From: Rhynchobatus australiae
Taxonomy: Eukaryota
Reading direction: 5' to 3'
DNA length: 64,000 bases
NCBI GenBank assembly: GCA_034780895.1
Contig: JAUZTB010000076.1
Coordinates: 17,773,774-17,837,773, forward strand
The notes beneath the pieces are model-generated. The model was not told the origin of the DNA. It made no database searches and worked only from the letters and a program-made list of their open reading frames with translations. Shown piece after piece: positions 1 through 45,550 of this stretch. The position numbers and the translations under genes are program-made. How positions within the stretch are numbered: position 1 is the first letter of the stretch; each line of letters starts with the position of its first letter.

Positions 1-1709
1 CAAGAAAAGAAGACAACATATAATTCAATTGGATAATCTTGACAATTCACCACAGACAGCCATTTTTCCCATCTTCATTTTTTGTTTTTATAAAACTGAT
101 GAACGAAAATATTTTAAAAAAGTGAAAATTACCAATGTTTTTGCTTAAGGTGCTCATGACCTTCCTTCTAGACCACTTACAACAGGTAATTGGAGTTTAA
201 TCTTCAGTTCCTGTGGTCCCGAAAATACTTCTGGAGAACAGGAAAGACAGCCACACCAATTCCACATTCTTCCATTTTCATACATATATATTAATTATTT
301 AGATCATCTGGTTGATACGTGTGACAAGGAAAGAATTTGCGTTTGGCATTTATGTTGAGACGGAATGAGTTATAAGTGTAGAGGACATGAAGTTCCATTG
401 TATGGAAAACTTTAAACAAACATTATTTTGTAGAATGATTTTATTTGCTTCATTTATAGAATGTTTAATAATTACATTTAATAATTATAGGAATACTTTA
501 AGAACTATTGATTCTTACACACACAAATTTTGCACTCTTCCACACTAAATAAAACATTGAAGATGGCTGGAAACTCTCTGGATTTCATCCACTATCTCTG
601 GTAATGTATGAAAATGACCTACTTTAGCCCCTCTCCACAGTGGTGGAGCTGTGCAGTTGTCATCTTGGAGCCTGCAGCCTATGGCGACTAAGTCTCGGGG
701 TCTGCTTGCCACGTGTTCCCAGGCCAGGTCTTCTATCTGCAGAACCATGAAGAATTAACAGGGGTCTTTTAAACTAGGAAATTATTTGATGGGACAGGCA
801 TTAAGGTTAATGCCACTTGTGGGGGAATGACAGAACCAGGGCCCACAACAGTGAGCTAGTCACTAATAAATCCAGTGGGGAGAGACCTCCTTATTCAGAC
901 AGGGAGACTCACTACTGAGGCAAATTGAAGTGATTCATTCAAAGGGAAACTGGATTAGCTCTTAAGAGAGAAAGGAATATAAAAATATAAGGGAGAATAA
1001 AGACATGGCGGAGTGGGAGGAAGTTCGCATGAAGTTGTCGGACCGATTGGCCTGGCTTTAGGCAACCACATTCTATGTAACTCAAGACTATATTGTTTCA
1101 GGTAGGTCAAGGTCATCAGTAGCTGACAGGTCCAGATCACTGAGTGCACATTGCCCCACGTTTGACTGATGCTGAGGTGCAGAAATAACTGAGCTCTGCC
1201 CAGGCATGTCGACAGCTTCACTCTCCAGGGGACCTGTTTGTTTTAATTCTTGAGAGAGCACATGGCAGGAACCTCTGCTCCCTCCCCCACACTGAAATGA
1301 CTTACCAGTTGCTGGTAACCAAGGTGTAGCTATGGTGCTTTGGAATTAATTTAGCTCTCCAGTACTTACATTCTCACAACTATGAAGTACTGTCACAGCT
1401 GCAGAGTGGGAAAACACATCTGCTAACTTGAAGAGCTTCTGTGAACAGCAGTGCACTAATGGCCTGATAATCTGTTTTATAATGTAGATTTAGAAATAAG
1501 TATTAACCGGGACACCAGGGATATAGGTCCTCTGGCTCAAAACCATACCATGGAATATTAAGCTCCACCTGAGGGGGCAGCTTGGTTTAATGTCATTCTA
1601 CAAACGGCATTGGAGTGTCTGCTCAGCTCATGGGACTGGGACACAACCCCCAATCTTCTGACCCAGTGACAAGTGTATGAGTGAGCTACACCTGACACCT
1701 GTGGATAAT

Positions 1710-2170
1710 TGAGACAGCAAGAAATTCTGCAGATGCTGGAATCTGGAGCAATACTCAAAAAGTGCTGGAGGAACCCAGAGTGTCAGGCAGCAACCACAGN
1801 NNNNNNNNNNNNNNNNNNNNNNNNNNNNNNNNNNNNNNNNNNNNNNNNNNNNNNNNNNNNNNNNNNNNNNNNNNNNNNNNNNNNNNNNNNNNNNNNNNNN
1901 NNNNNNNNNNNNNNNNNNNNNNNNNNNNNNNNNNNNNNNNNNNNNNNNNNNNNNNNNNNNNNNNNNNNNNNNNNNNNNNNNNNNNNNNNNNNNNNNNNNA
2001 TAAGCTGAGAGGTGATAGGTTGAAGAGGCTGCAGACTGAAGGAGGAATCCGTAGGAGAGGACAGTGGACCATGGATGGGGGAGGGGAGGAGAGGTGGGGG
2101 AAGGGAGCCATAGGAATAGGGGAAGACAAGGGAGTGGGGGGAGGGGAAGAAAAAGAAGGGGTGGGGGAAC
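1710..2170. mobile_element. Penelope-like terminal repeat fragment
   Basis: Motif ctgcagatgctggaatctggagcaa..gctggaggaac recurs at about 3240, 32620, 46255, 54410, 60950 (rc) and 62100; family name from recall of elasmobranch repeats. Confidence 0.45.
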
Positions 2171-2994
2171 CTGTGGACAATTGCTTCAGCTGTCTTCCAG
2201 CCACTGAGTATATTTCTCAGCGGGACTAACACCCATATATGTTCATAGCCCTTCAAGAGTTAAGTGTATTGTCATTTTCGATGCATACTGTATTTAGGAA
2301 GCTATTCTGGAAGAGTGTGGTGGATTATCACACAGTCATTGAACACACTTCTGGAAGAATCACTACAGAACTTCCAACCTCGAACCACCCCACCCAGTCA
2401 AACAGGAACTTTTCTCTATCTCCAGTATTTTAATAATTTTAATCCTGATAGAGCCTATCTATTTGTTGCTGATCTTCCAGCGACATTTTGCAGTACTCCA
2501 CTCCTGAGGAAGTTCAACCTTCTCAGTCCTTCCATGTATTAATCATTGATTAGTCAGGTTAGTGCAGATTCTGCAGTAGGGTACAGAGTTTGATGTGACA
2601 CGAGGCACCAATCCTGCAGGGGGGTTCTGAATATGGAGGGACAGATTTTTCTCAGTAAGGTTACAGCACTCAGCTTTATTGATGAATGATTGGACAGCAA
2701 GTTCCAGTGGGTACAGCTGCCCAGTTATACATTGAAATCGGAGGCCCTTTTCTGGGTAGCCCTACTTTTCCAGAAACTTCCCTATTCCAGTATCTTAGCC
2801 AGTGACTTAACATTGAAAAACGCAGAACGCTGTTAAGTTTCTGTACTTCCACAATGGATGCTCACGAAAGTTACTAGGAAATATTAGGGCTTGTCCATTC
2901 TGGCTTCGGTCTATTATTAGCCTGTGAGTGATACTCCCAACAAACCTCGCTGAAAATGAAAGCGTGGGGCCTCATACCTTCAGATGACAGTAAA

Positions 2995-3225
2995 ACACAT
3001 AGAATTAGACCATTAACCCCTTCCTCTCTACTTCCATAGGATCAAGGCTGATATTTTTACTTCTGCACTGCCTTCCTGCATTCACATAATTTCCTTTGAT
3101 TCTTTTAAAGTCCAAAAATGTATTGATCTCTGGCTTGATTATACTCAGTGACAGAATCTCCACGCCCTCTTGGGTAGAGAGCTCCAGAGATGAACTGCGT
3201 TCTGGGTGAAGGAGTTTCTTCACGT
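2995..3225 (-). mobile_element. CR1 LINE 3' end fragment
   Basis: Degenerate CR1 ORF2 C-terminus and 3' UTR similar to other copies in the window. Confidence 0.55.
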
Positions 3226-3229
3226 CATT

Positions 3230-3362
3230 GGAGACACAAGAGAACTGCAGATACTGGAATCTGGAGCAAAAAACATATTTCTGGAGAAACTCGATGGGTC
3301 AAGCAGCATCTGTGGAAGCAGAAGGACAGTTAACATTTCGGGTCGAAACCCTGCATCGGGTT
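3230..3362. mobile_element. Penelope-like terminal repeat fragment
   Basis: Same family motif; ends in a hammerhead-like core on the minus strand. Confidence 0.5.
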
Positions 3363-5992
3363 TGTTCTTTCTTTCTTCATGATTGTTCTGAATGACTGAC
3401 CCGTTAAACCAAGATACCTCGGCCCCTCATTCTGTTTGCCCAGACAAGCGTCAGCTCCACATTTAGCGTCAAACGCTGTAAGAATTCTGTGGATTTCAGT
3501 GAGATCACCTTCTATATTCAGTAGAGGATGGCCATACCCAGCCCTGCTTCAGTGACAACTGATTTCACCCTGGAGTCAGGCTCTAAAGGAACGATGGCTT
3601 TGCATTGACAACTGTCAGAATACCTGTCAGGGAGCTTGTGCACAATATCAGGCAGTGTGGAGGAAGGGCCCGTGTCAGGTTATCATGTCATTTAAAGGAC
3701 TGAAGCCATGTAATCAACCACATACCCTGCAGTTCACTTTTTGCCATGTGTAGAAGGTTCCTTGGTAACAAAGCACCCAGGCACTATTACAATGGAAACT
3801 CCAATTGTTGTTATTCAGACACCAAGTCCCAGATCTTCTCCAATGATAGTTGTTCCAACCATTAAACTTAGCCATGGCAACTCCCATTTATCAAAGATAT
3901 GTTCAAGGACTTGCAATGCAGAAGGCAGACATTGAACCCCTCATTGTTGTGACAGCTCATTTGCTAAAACAATCTGAAAGTATTTCAATTACCTTATTCT
4001 TGACATTAGATCATAGACATTTATCACACAAAAGGACACCATTTGTCCCATCATGTCCATGCTAGCCAAAAACGAGCTGTTGGATTCATCACACTTTCAG
4101 AGAATTAGTCCATAGCATTGTGGATTATCTTCAGGTGCTCACCCAGGTACTTTATAAGTGTGATGACGAATGTCATTGGGAATGGGAGATTGGGAGTAGT
4201 AAAGAAAGGGGGCAGGAGCGAAGGAGGGCATCTGGATAAACACTGGCCAGAGGCCCTGCATTTTTAACGTGGGGTTGAGAGAGGCATTACTGCACTTCCG
4301 GGTTCCACATTCCAATTTTAGTAAACAGTCAGTTGGTAGCCTGGAGTTTCCCCTATAAGGACTGCTAACAAGGCCACCCATTGACCTGGTTTTCCTGACA
4401 GTGCCATCCCGGGATGGGGTAGTGAGCCTGTCACTGACAGCTGTGACAGCTTCACTGAAGGCTAAGGCTTCTGAAAGCTCAGGGTCTGGCTTCACGTTGA
4501 GAAGGAAAGCAAACAATCAGTCTGCTCCTGCAAAGCTGCAACTGGCAGGCTGGCATCCTGCAGATCCTGCGAGAATGGGCAATGTGATGGCTGAAGAGCT
4601 CAACGGCAATTGGTGCAGTAATATTGTCACTGGGCTCTCAAATGTTTTCTGGATAGAAAACTCAGTGACAGACGACATCCGTGCCACCTTGGTAAATAAT
4701 TGAAAGAGGACTAAATTGGTGGAGTTGTTGGGAGATGGTATACAGGATATCATAATTTCAAGTTGCATCCAAAATGGTAAACGATTCGTGAAATGTTGGA
4801 GCACACAATCAGAGTGTGACAAATAATCAGGCAGCTGAAGAGAAATTCTATCGTTCTACTGCTTTCACCTTGTTTTCAACTTTGTTATTTGTAACTTTCT
4901 CTCAATTATTTTGCCTCATACAGTTAGTCAAAGGTGAAGACATGGAGAAAATTTAGGGAAGTGGACACACTGCAATGATAGCAATGTGCATGATACAAGA
5001 TGTTAATGCCAATGTAAAGAGTTTGGGGTGAGAAACCTCTAATCTGGACTTTCTTTCGGAGGGTGGAAGGGAAAGGGGAACAAGGGTTAGATTTATTTTC
5101 TGTTTATTTATTAATTCATTGGTTGCGGGTGTTCCTGGTAATGCCAGTATTTATTGTCCATCCCTAATTGCCCCTGAACTGAGGCAGCAGTTAAAGAGTC
5201 AACCATATTATTGTGTCTGGAGTTGCTGGGGTGGCAGATTTCTTTCCCTGAAGGGTATTAGTGAACCAGATGCCTTCTTTTCTTAAAATGCAGTAGTAAT
5301 CACTGTAAATATATTGTTATTCCAGATTTATTTAATGACTTTAACTTAAATCTCAANNNNNNNNNNNNNNNNNNNNNNNNNNNNNNNNNNNNNNNNNNNN
5401 NNNNNNNNNNNNNNNNNNNNNNNNNNNNNNNNNNNNNNNNNNNNNNNNNNNNNNNNAAAGCTGCCATGGCGGGGTTTGAGCAATGGTCCAGTCTCCTGGT
5501 TCCGGTTCAGGAAAGTATCTACTATGCTACCTGATTCAGAAAAATGAAACATAATCCGTATCTCCTTCACTGCCCCTCCAGGGTACTTCTTATTATCAAT
5601 GTCATCGGACTTCCCTCTGTATCAGCCTGGTTAAAATGTTTGAAGCTTGTCAGAATGTTTGAAGTTTGACAGAAAATCCATCAGAGAGCAGCAATTAGCC
5701 TGGCCGTAGCCTTCAGCTGACTGTATCCAGATAAGAGCAAAACCAGGAAGGACCAATAATGAAATGGTAACCTAACACTCATCCAGAAGCTACAAAGAAA
5801 CGCTATGTCAGTAACAGTCACTTTTTCCTATTTGGTTGGTAAGAACTCTCTTTCAACGCTTTTGCTATGTAACATCCATAATCAGTGATCCCGAAGCCTT
5901 GTGGACTTGGATTTGGGACATCATTTTCCCCTTCTTTACTAGTCACAAATCGTGTCCTTCCAATGTAGGAATTCCACTGGACAGCAACGTTC

Positions 5993-38244
<32,252 letters not shown>

Positions 38245-38594
38245 GTTCCGCACGGCAGTTCCGAGGCCAGGTCCCCGTTCCCCCGCAGGCTACTGCCAGC
38301 TTGCTGGGGTAGTCTTACTTGTTTCCGCATCCTCCGCGTCATGGGCAGCGATACCGGCAGCTCTGGAGCTCCAGGGAGCCGGTATGTTCCAGTGGTGACA
38401 TCTATCCATGCGTAAATACCCGAGATAACAGGGTTAGGGACAGGGATGCACAACAACGCCCACAGATATGCATCCACTGCAATGTACAGTTTCACACACA
38501 TATCGAAACAGCTGACGGCCTTCCCCGACCCTCCATGTACCCGCGGTCTTCCCTCATTGCCCGACCTCATCAATCCTCTGCACCCTCATTGAGC

Positions 38595-38635
38595 CCCCGC
38601 CCTTCCCTCATTGGTTCTAACCTCATTGGTTCTAA
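38595..38635 (-). promoter_or_regulatory. GC box plus tandem CCAAT boxes, putative ap1m3 promoter
   Basis: ccccgccc at 38595-38602; 15-bp direct duplication cctcattggttctaa (38606-38620, 38621-38635) reading AACCAATGAG twice on the minus strand, about 350-390 bp upstream of the ATG. Confidence 0.55.
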
Positions 38636-41259
38636 CCTTGCCACATTCCATCTCTCACTGCCCCCTTCCTCCCCTACCCTCACCAATCCTCTGTTCTCTC
38701 TCCCACTTTCCCCGTTGACCCTCCTCCCTCTGCCCGCTGACTTCCTCCTCACTACCCCTCCTCCCCTTCCCACAATGACCCTCTCTTCTTACTCCCATCA
38801 CCCCTCTCCTACTGTCTCCCAACCTGTTCTGGAGAATATTAATGATCCTATGCACAATTTGAAGAAATCTGGAAAATTATCCTAAAGTAATGAAGCCATT
38901 TCTCCCTCAAGCAATGTCATTAAAACTGGATTAACTCATTGCTGAATGGCTGCATTTCAAAACAAACCAACCGTGATGTGCTTTGATGTGACAAGATTCA
39001 TCATTCCAAGTACATATTATTATTCACTGAATATTAAATACTCCAGTGACAGGCCCAGCATAATTCGTTACAATTTCCATGACATCTTAGTTTTGTTCCA
39101 GTTTCAGAAATGATCACAAACAAAATATTATCAGAAAAAATACATGCCTTTGCATGATAGCTTTATGTGTAAAACATATTTGTGTGTTTATATTTCCTAA
39201 ATAAGGTCACCTTAAAGAGCATGCTGACCATGCCCATCCCTGTATCTGTTTGCTCTCTAGAAGTAACATGTAACTTTTTGTTATAAAAGAGCCATCACAC
39301 TTTTGACATCTTATGTTTTATCATGACAATACTAGTGGGACTAGTAGTTCACACTGTCTGAATTATAGCTATTGGATATTTCAGTACTGAAAAGATCTCT
39401 ATGCGTGGGACATTATACCCATGGAATTTTACACTATGTCAAAACTACAGAAAGGGGACTTTACATCCCCACAATCTAAAACTGTAGCAGGACTATAACA
39501 CCAGAGCATTACAGTACTGAGGTACACTAACAGGACTACAACAGAGAGATATATTAATCAGGTCTTATAGAGTTTCATGACTACAGCAGTGGGGCATCAG
39601 GTTACTGTGATCTTATACTTGAGCTTTAGCAGGCTCAGACTCAGACTTTAGTAGTGGTATATTGCAGTAGTCAAGATTACATCAGCAAGGCATAAGACAA
39701 GTTAAACTGTATTTGAATAAAAGTATCTTTTCTCAACTTGGATATAGTTTCACACTGAAAAAAAATGACTGTTTTATGCTAATGGAAACTTGCCATTGGC
39801 CCCCTGAAGAAATATTCAATTTGTGCTTCTTGAAGTGTCTGAAAGAACCACTGATGTAGTTATAAAATGATGAACTCTCTACCTCACTCCCACTCTGACC
39901 TTAGCCATCTACAGTGTTCTAACACAGCTCCATGAAAATTCATGGAACAGACCTCATCTTTCAGTGAGATGCTTTCCAGGTTCATTCATGAGGGCAACAA
40001 TTTCAGATCCAAAATCACTAATTCATTCAGCAGCTGCTGATAAGAACACCCGTTGTTACCATTTAGACCTCTTCAAGACCCATATTTTGTTTCTTGTCCT
40101 ATTACCATCCTCTTTTGTCTCAAATCATTACTTCTCTTGCTGTTTAGTTCCTCCTGCTGTTCTACCTATTTGTCTACTGTCACCTACTATCACCCAGCAC
40201 CCACCCACCCACCCTAACCAATCTATTCCCTCCCTCTGCACTTGCTTAATACTTGCTTTGTCTCTAACGCTTGCTAGTTTTGACAAAGGATTGTGGACTC
40301 AAATGTCAGCTCTGTTTTTCTCTCTCCATTCACACTGTCTGAACTGCTATTCACAGCACCTCTTTTATTACAGTAGCAAGACCGCTCAGGTGAACAATGT
40401 CTGCAGCAGACTTCATAAGCCTGCTGCTAACTTGTCTGACTGGATACTTAGCCTCTGTGTAGCCTGCACTCTCTCAACATTACCTTGCCGATAGCAATGT
40501 AGACCTGCCGTGGAAATATCTGTCTCACTAATATATTCCATTAAGGTGATTATCTGCTGCATTATTGAACTATCAGAGTGGCAGAGTTGGCCAACTGATT
40601 GTTACCTGGTAGCTTGGATTTCTGCGATCAATGGTTTTGAATTTTATGTGTAATCACTTTCTGGAAGCTCCTTAATATGGTATTAAAAAGTCTTAACAAC
40701 AACAGAAGATTTGCTACTCATTTCACTGCCTTTTAGGGGTGTGTGATAAAACAGAACTCAAGGGATTTGGGGCGGGATTCTCAAATCACCACTATTCCCC
40801 CATTCATTAACTCCTCACTAACTATCGTTGGCCTTCGGACATTTGTCTTTCAACTGTACTGGCTGCAAGGCTCTTTGGGTGTCCAGGAGTCATGTAAATT
40901 TTTTTTTCTCATCCTCAGGCATCTGAACATTTTTTTCATATTTTCTAGGAAGTAAAGTATTGATGCCATGAGCATTGATGCCATTTCCTTTGGTTTCAGC
41001 AGGCTCATATTTTTCCACAAAGCAAAAAGCAAAAAAAAAGACATCTGGCAAATGTAAACAGTTTTTGCAAATGGTCATTTATCATTTCAGTCATATGTAT
41101 TGTTACCTATTTAAGCACTTCACCAATCAGTTTACATCCATAATGAGGATACTTTCCTTCTGTCCTCACTCCTGTATCCCAGTGTTGAGGGCATATTGCA
41201 CTAAATTGACCATGTTGGGCAGGCAATTTTTTTTCCCCCATGTACAGCACCTGACTCCT

Positions 41260-41620
41260 GACACAGACCCTCTATTCCAAGCTCTGTCATGAGCAGAGTT
41301 TTGGAGGTGGACAGAAGAAAAGGTTCAAGGCCTCATTGAAGAAATGCAACATTCCCACTGACTCCTGGGAAACTCTGACCCTCAGCTGCTCAAAACAGAG
41401 AGGGAGCATTTGGGATGGTATTGAGACCCTTAAGGTCATGGATTGGGATCACACAGAGGTCCTGTGTTAGCTGCTAAAGGAGCACACCACGTCACAAACT
41501 AGCATCAACATGCACTTTCAGCAATCGCCTATCCCATCTATGGAATGTCTGGCTTTATTAGTCACCTCAAGAGTGAAAGTCTGTCATCGTTGATTCCAAG
41601 GGACTGCTGAGGGAGAAGAA
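41260..41620 (+). mobile_element. RTE-clade LINE 3' fragment
   Basis: Translates to ASLKKCNIPTDSWETL, typical of the RTE ORF C-terminus. Confidence 0.6.
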
Positions 41621-43982
41621 TGTCTTCTGTGGAGTCCTGCTGAAGTGCACAATATAAATCTCACATTTAAATAATTCCCAATGAAATATTCCCAAGAAAA
41701 TTTCATAACAGAGCATAGAAACAAAGCTGGAACAAAGAGCACAGAAAAAGCTGGAAGGACTCAGCTAGTCCATAGTACCAGTTAAAGAAAAGACAGAATA
41801 ACTTGACAAGCGTAGATCCTTCAGAGCTAAAAACACCCATAAATGCACAAAACAAGTGATGGAAACAAGTTATGCCATTAGGCATTTAATTATTTTTGAA
41901 TTCTAATGGGGAAAATAGAAAACTAGCAAATTCTATCAAACGTCATTGCAGCAAGCCATTCAGAGTACATTGGGGCTGATCATGCTGGGCTCGACTTGCT
42001 CTCCAGAGTCACCGTCCAAGGACCCTGCTCACCTGCACTCACCAGGGAAATCCTCCTTGTCCCTCCAGTTCCTGGAGTTAGGAGGGGAGGTCTCACTGGT
42101 GGCTGGGCCTCAGGTGCCATAGTACAGAAGGCCGAACCCTGGAATGTCTCTAGCAGAAGACAAACATGCGTGGGGGGGTGGGGGGNNNNNNNNNNNNNNN
42201 NNNNNNNNNNNNNNNNNNNNNNNNNNNNNNNNNNNNNNNNNNNNNNNNNNNNNNNNNNNNNNNNNNNNNNNNNNNNNNNNNNNNNNNNNNNNNNNNNNNN
42301 NNNNNNNNNNNNNNNNNNNNNNNNNNNNNNNNNNNNNNNNNNNNNNNNNNNNNNNNNNNNNNNNNNNNNNNNNNNNNNNNNNNNNNNNNNNNNNNNNNNN
42401 NNNNNNNNNNNNNNNNNNNNNNNNNNNNNNNNNNNNNNNNNNNNNNNNNNNNNNNNNNNNNNNNNNNNNNNNNNNNNNNNNNNNNNNNNNNNNNNNNNNN
42501 NNNNNNNNNNNNNNNNNNNNNNNNNNNNNNNNNNNNNNNNNNNGAAGCATAAGGATAGGTTTATCACATTCATGACCATGTAAGAGATGGACCTCTGTTT
42601 TCAGAGCCCATGGGAAGCAACCCAAGGTTTCCTGAAGTTTCAATGGCTGAATGCTAGCTGTTTCAAACAAAAGCCCTGAATCCAGACAGCAAGATTTACT
42701 CCAATAGAAGGACATAGGAATGTGTAATTATATATCATAGAAGTAAGGCTGGGGAGTTTGGGTAAAAGGCTAATAAAACTTTGGGAGTAGATTTCCAGAC
42801 AACCTTCCTCCTGATTCCAGGTCTGAGGACTTGAAATAGCAAATTGAGATCTCAGCCATTTATCCCCCTCCATCCAAACTCAGCCCCATTTTTCTTTGTA
42901 GCTTGCTGTGCGTGATGTGTCTCGCGGGGAGGAAAAAGGATGGGGTGGGTTTAGGAATAGAGTCATGTTAGCCTCCTAATTCATGAGCCTGGCAGGTATT
43001 TGGATATGTCTCCGAGCATGTACTTGAAAAAGTGGACGACATGCAGGGAGGTAGGAACGGTGAGATAAGCTCTTTACAACTGGCAAGGTTATGGTGGGAT
43101 GAAAGACTTCCTTCTGATTTGCAAATTTTCCGTGATTCATGGATACACCTGAAATCAAAGCAGTCAATGTCGGAAATGAGTGGTGTTGCCATTCAAACCA
43201 AATGAGAAAGAATGTTAACACTGTGGATTCAGACACACTGTAGAAATTATGGATCTATATCCAACAGGCAAAATTATCCACTCTATCCTTTCTCCATTCC
43301 ATTCACATCTAAATTCATACCTAGCTACAAAGAAAATTGGGGAGATAATTGATGCTTTAGGTTGCTTGTTTCAGTTTTCGCACCGGAGAGCAGGCGGAAG
43401 GTGATACTTAACCTCCTCTTGAACTTCATTGATACAGTAGAATGGCTCAAAGATCAAGCATCAGCATGAGACAAGGAGAAAGTATTACGCTGCATTGAGT
43501 TTGGACCACATTGCAGTCAGGTTCAGTGAGCATTTATCCAAACTCCCTTACCTGTTGCAGAGGAGAGCTCACCACAAGCAGCAAATATGGAAGGTGGTGA
43601 CTAGAGGAAGAACTTGTGTGGCTATCTCTCATCAGGGAAAGTGTTTTTGTATTTGGCCAATTGTTGCCAGAGGTCAGAGTCACATGAGAAGGAAAGGACA
43701 ATGCTGATATCAGATATTACCTCTCCTTCTCCCTCTTAGATGATAATGAAGTTACTGTGAAGTCCAGGGATTCCTGTATTCATTTCCCTTCTCTGACAGT
43801 TGCAATTTGTACTTCATATACAATGGAAAGAAGTTTCAGAAAATTCCAATGACTAAGCAACAAACTTTGACCATCATGTACGATGAAGTCAAGTGGGCAA
43901 GAAGACTCAAGGGCTCAAATTGGTACATAATATGAATAACGCAAAGGTTTAGAAAATGTTGAGGTGGTGGATTCTGTTGTTG

Positions 43983-44332
43983 TTAAATGGCAATGTGTAT
44001 CTCCTCCTCATCTTCAGATTTCGCTTCCATCTGAATGTAATTATCTTCAATGTATCCATCATCTTCTTCCAGGCCCTCAGGTGGATACACTGCTTGATTT
44101 CTAATGTCCTTCGTATTGCCATCGTGTGCCATGCTCCCACTGACTGTGTAATTTTCTTGGCTGCCCACTTCTTGCTCTGGCAGCAGGTGGTGGCTGTAGC
44201 TAGAAAAGTACTTGTGGAAGAGTTTAAATTTTGCACAAATTACAGTTACTGCTGAGAGGCCAATGGCAGCTACCAGAACACCAACAAGATAGTGCCATGC
44301 CTTGCCGCCTTCTTCTGGTGATGCATATGAAG
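43983..44332 (-). CDS. C1orf210: Terminal coding exon of type III endosome membrane protein TEMP / C1orf210-like (LRRC19-TM family)
   Basis: GKAWHYLVGVLVAAIGLSAVTVICAKF (TM helix), YFSSYSHHLLPE and EDDGYIEDNYIQ match TEMP/LRRC19 motifs (RAWPVLVG..AAKC..SYRHRPLPE..DDDGFIEDNYIQ). Phase-1 acceptor ccttcag with branch-like aactaac upstream. Confidence 0.8.
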
Positions 44333-45164
44333 CTGAAGGTTTCAATAAACACAGTGTTAGTTAAATACTAAACTGGACACATATCAATGAATATTTACAG
44401 TATATGTACATCATATGAAGCAATATTTATTCTAAATTAATAGTTCTTGCAAAGGGGACTGAATGAGAAAAGGAAACATTGTGTATAATGATGTAAGTTT
44501 TCCAGTTCCTTTTGTGAGAATCTTAAATTTATAGTCACAGAGTTGCTGGTCTAAAAGCCTGTCAAAAAAGGCTTTGTCTGCTTACCTTATTGAAAACCTT
44601 TATAATGTTTAATGTTTCCTAACCTTTTATTTTGCTGAAAAGAGCCCAGTTTTTCTACTGGGTAAGGCCTGGCATTGGGATCCTCTTCGTGTTCTTGGCA
44701 ATCTTCCTAAACTAGGGTTCTCAAAATGGGGCACAATATTTGAACTGCAACTTGGCCATAGATAAGGTACAAACCTTTTGCTTTTGAGTTTTATACCTCC
44801 TTTTAAAAATCTAGAATCCCTCAGTAATTAATTTATCTTCCTTAATTTTAATGGAACCTTGCAGAATGGATAAACTGCCCATTATAGAAATCACTTGGTT
44901 TTCATAGCCAGGGAAATTGATATCAGTTGTTACTGCTGCAAGGTGAAAGATGCGGATCCCAACTCCACCCCCACAGAACTGAAGTGCACATGACAAACAC
45001 AAAAGCAACCGACATGTTGAACATTGCAAATTGGAACAGGTAAAATCTGGAAAACCGGTAGTATAAGTCTGGCGGTATTGAAAATGCGTTCTACCTCAAT
45101 ATCACTTAGCCACATCATCCCATTCGTCAGTACGAATGTCTTATTTGGGAAAGTGAGAGGGGAT

Positions 45165-45550
45165 TGAAAAGAATGAGAGGGATCTTAGAGAAACATAAAA
45201 TTATGAAAGGGATAGATACAATGGAGGCAGGAAAGTTGTTTCCACTGGTAGGGACAAAGCTTCAAGATTGGTGGACATAGATTTAGGACGGAGATGAGGA
45301 GGAAATGTTTTTCCCAGAGAGTAGTGAATCTGTGGAATTCTCTGCCCAGAGAAGCAGTAGAGGCTACCTCATTTAATATATTTTAAGACACAGATAGATA
45401 TTTGCATAGTTGGAGAATTAAGGGTTATGAGGAAAAGGCAGGTAGGTGGAGCTGAGTTCAAGGCCAAATCGGCCATGATCTTATTGAATGGTGGAGCAGG
45501 CTAAATGGGCCAGATGGCCAACTCCTGCTCCTATTTCTAATGTCCTTATG
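45165..45550 (+). mobile_element. CR1 LINE 3' fragment
   Basis: agaatgagaggggatctt..ttcccagagagtagtgaatctgtggaattctctgccc..actcctgctcctatttct. Confidence 0.8.
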
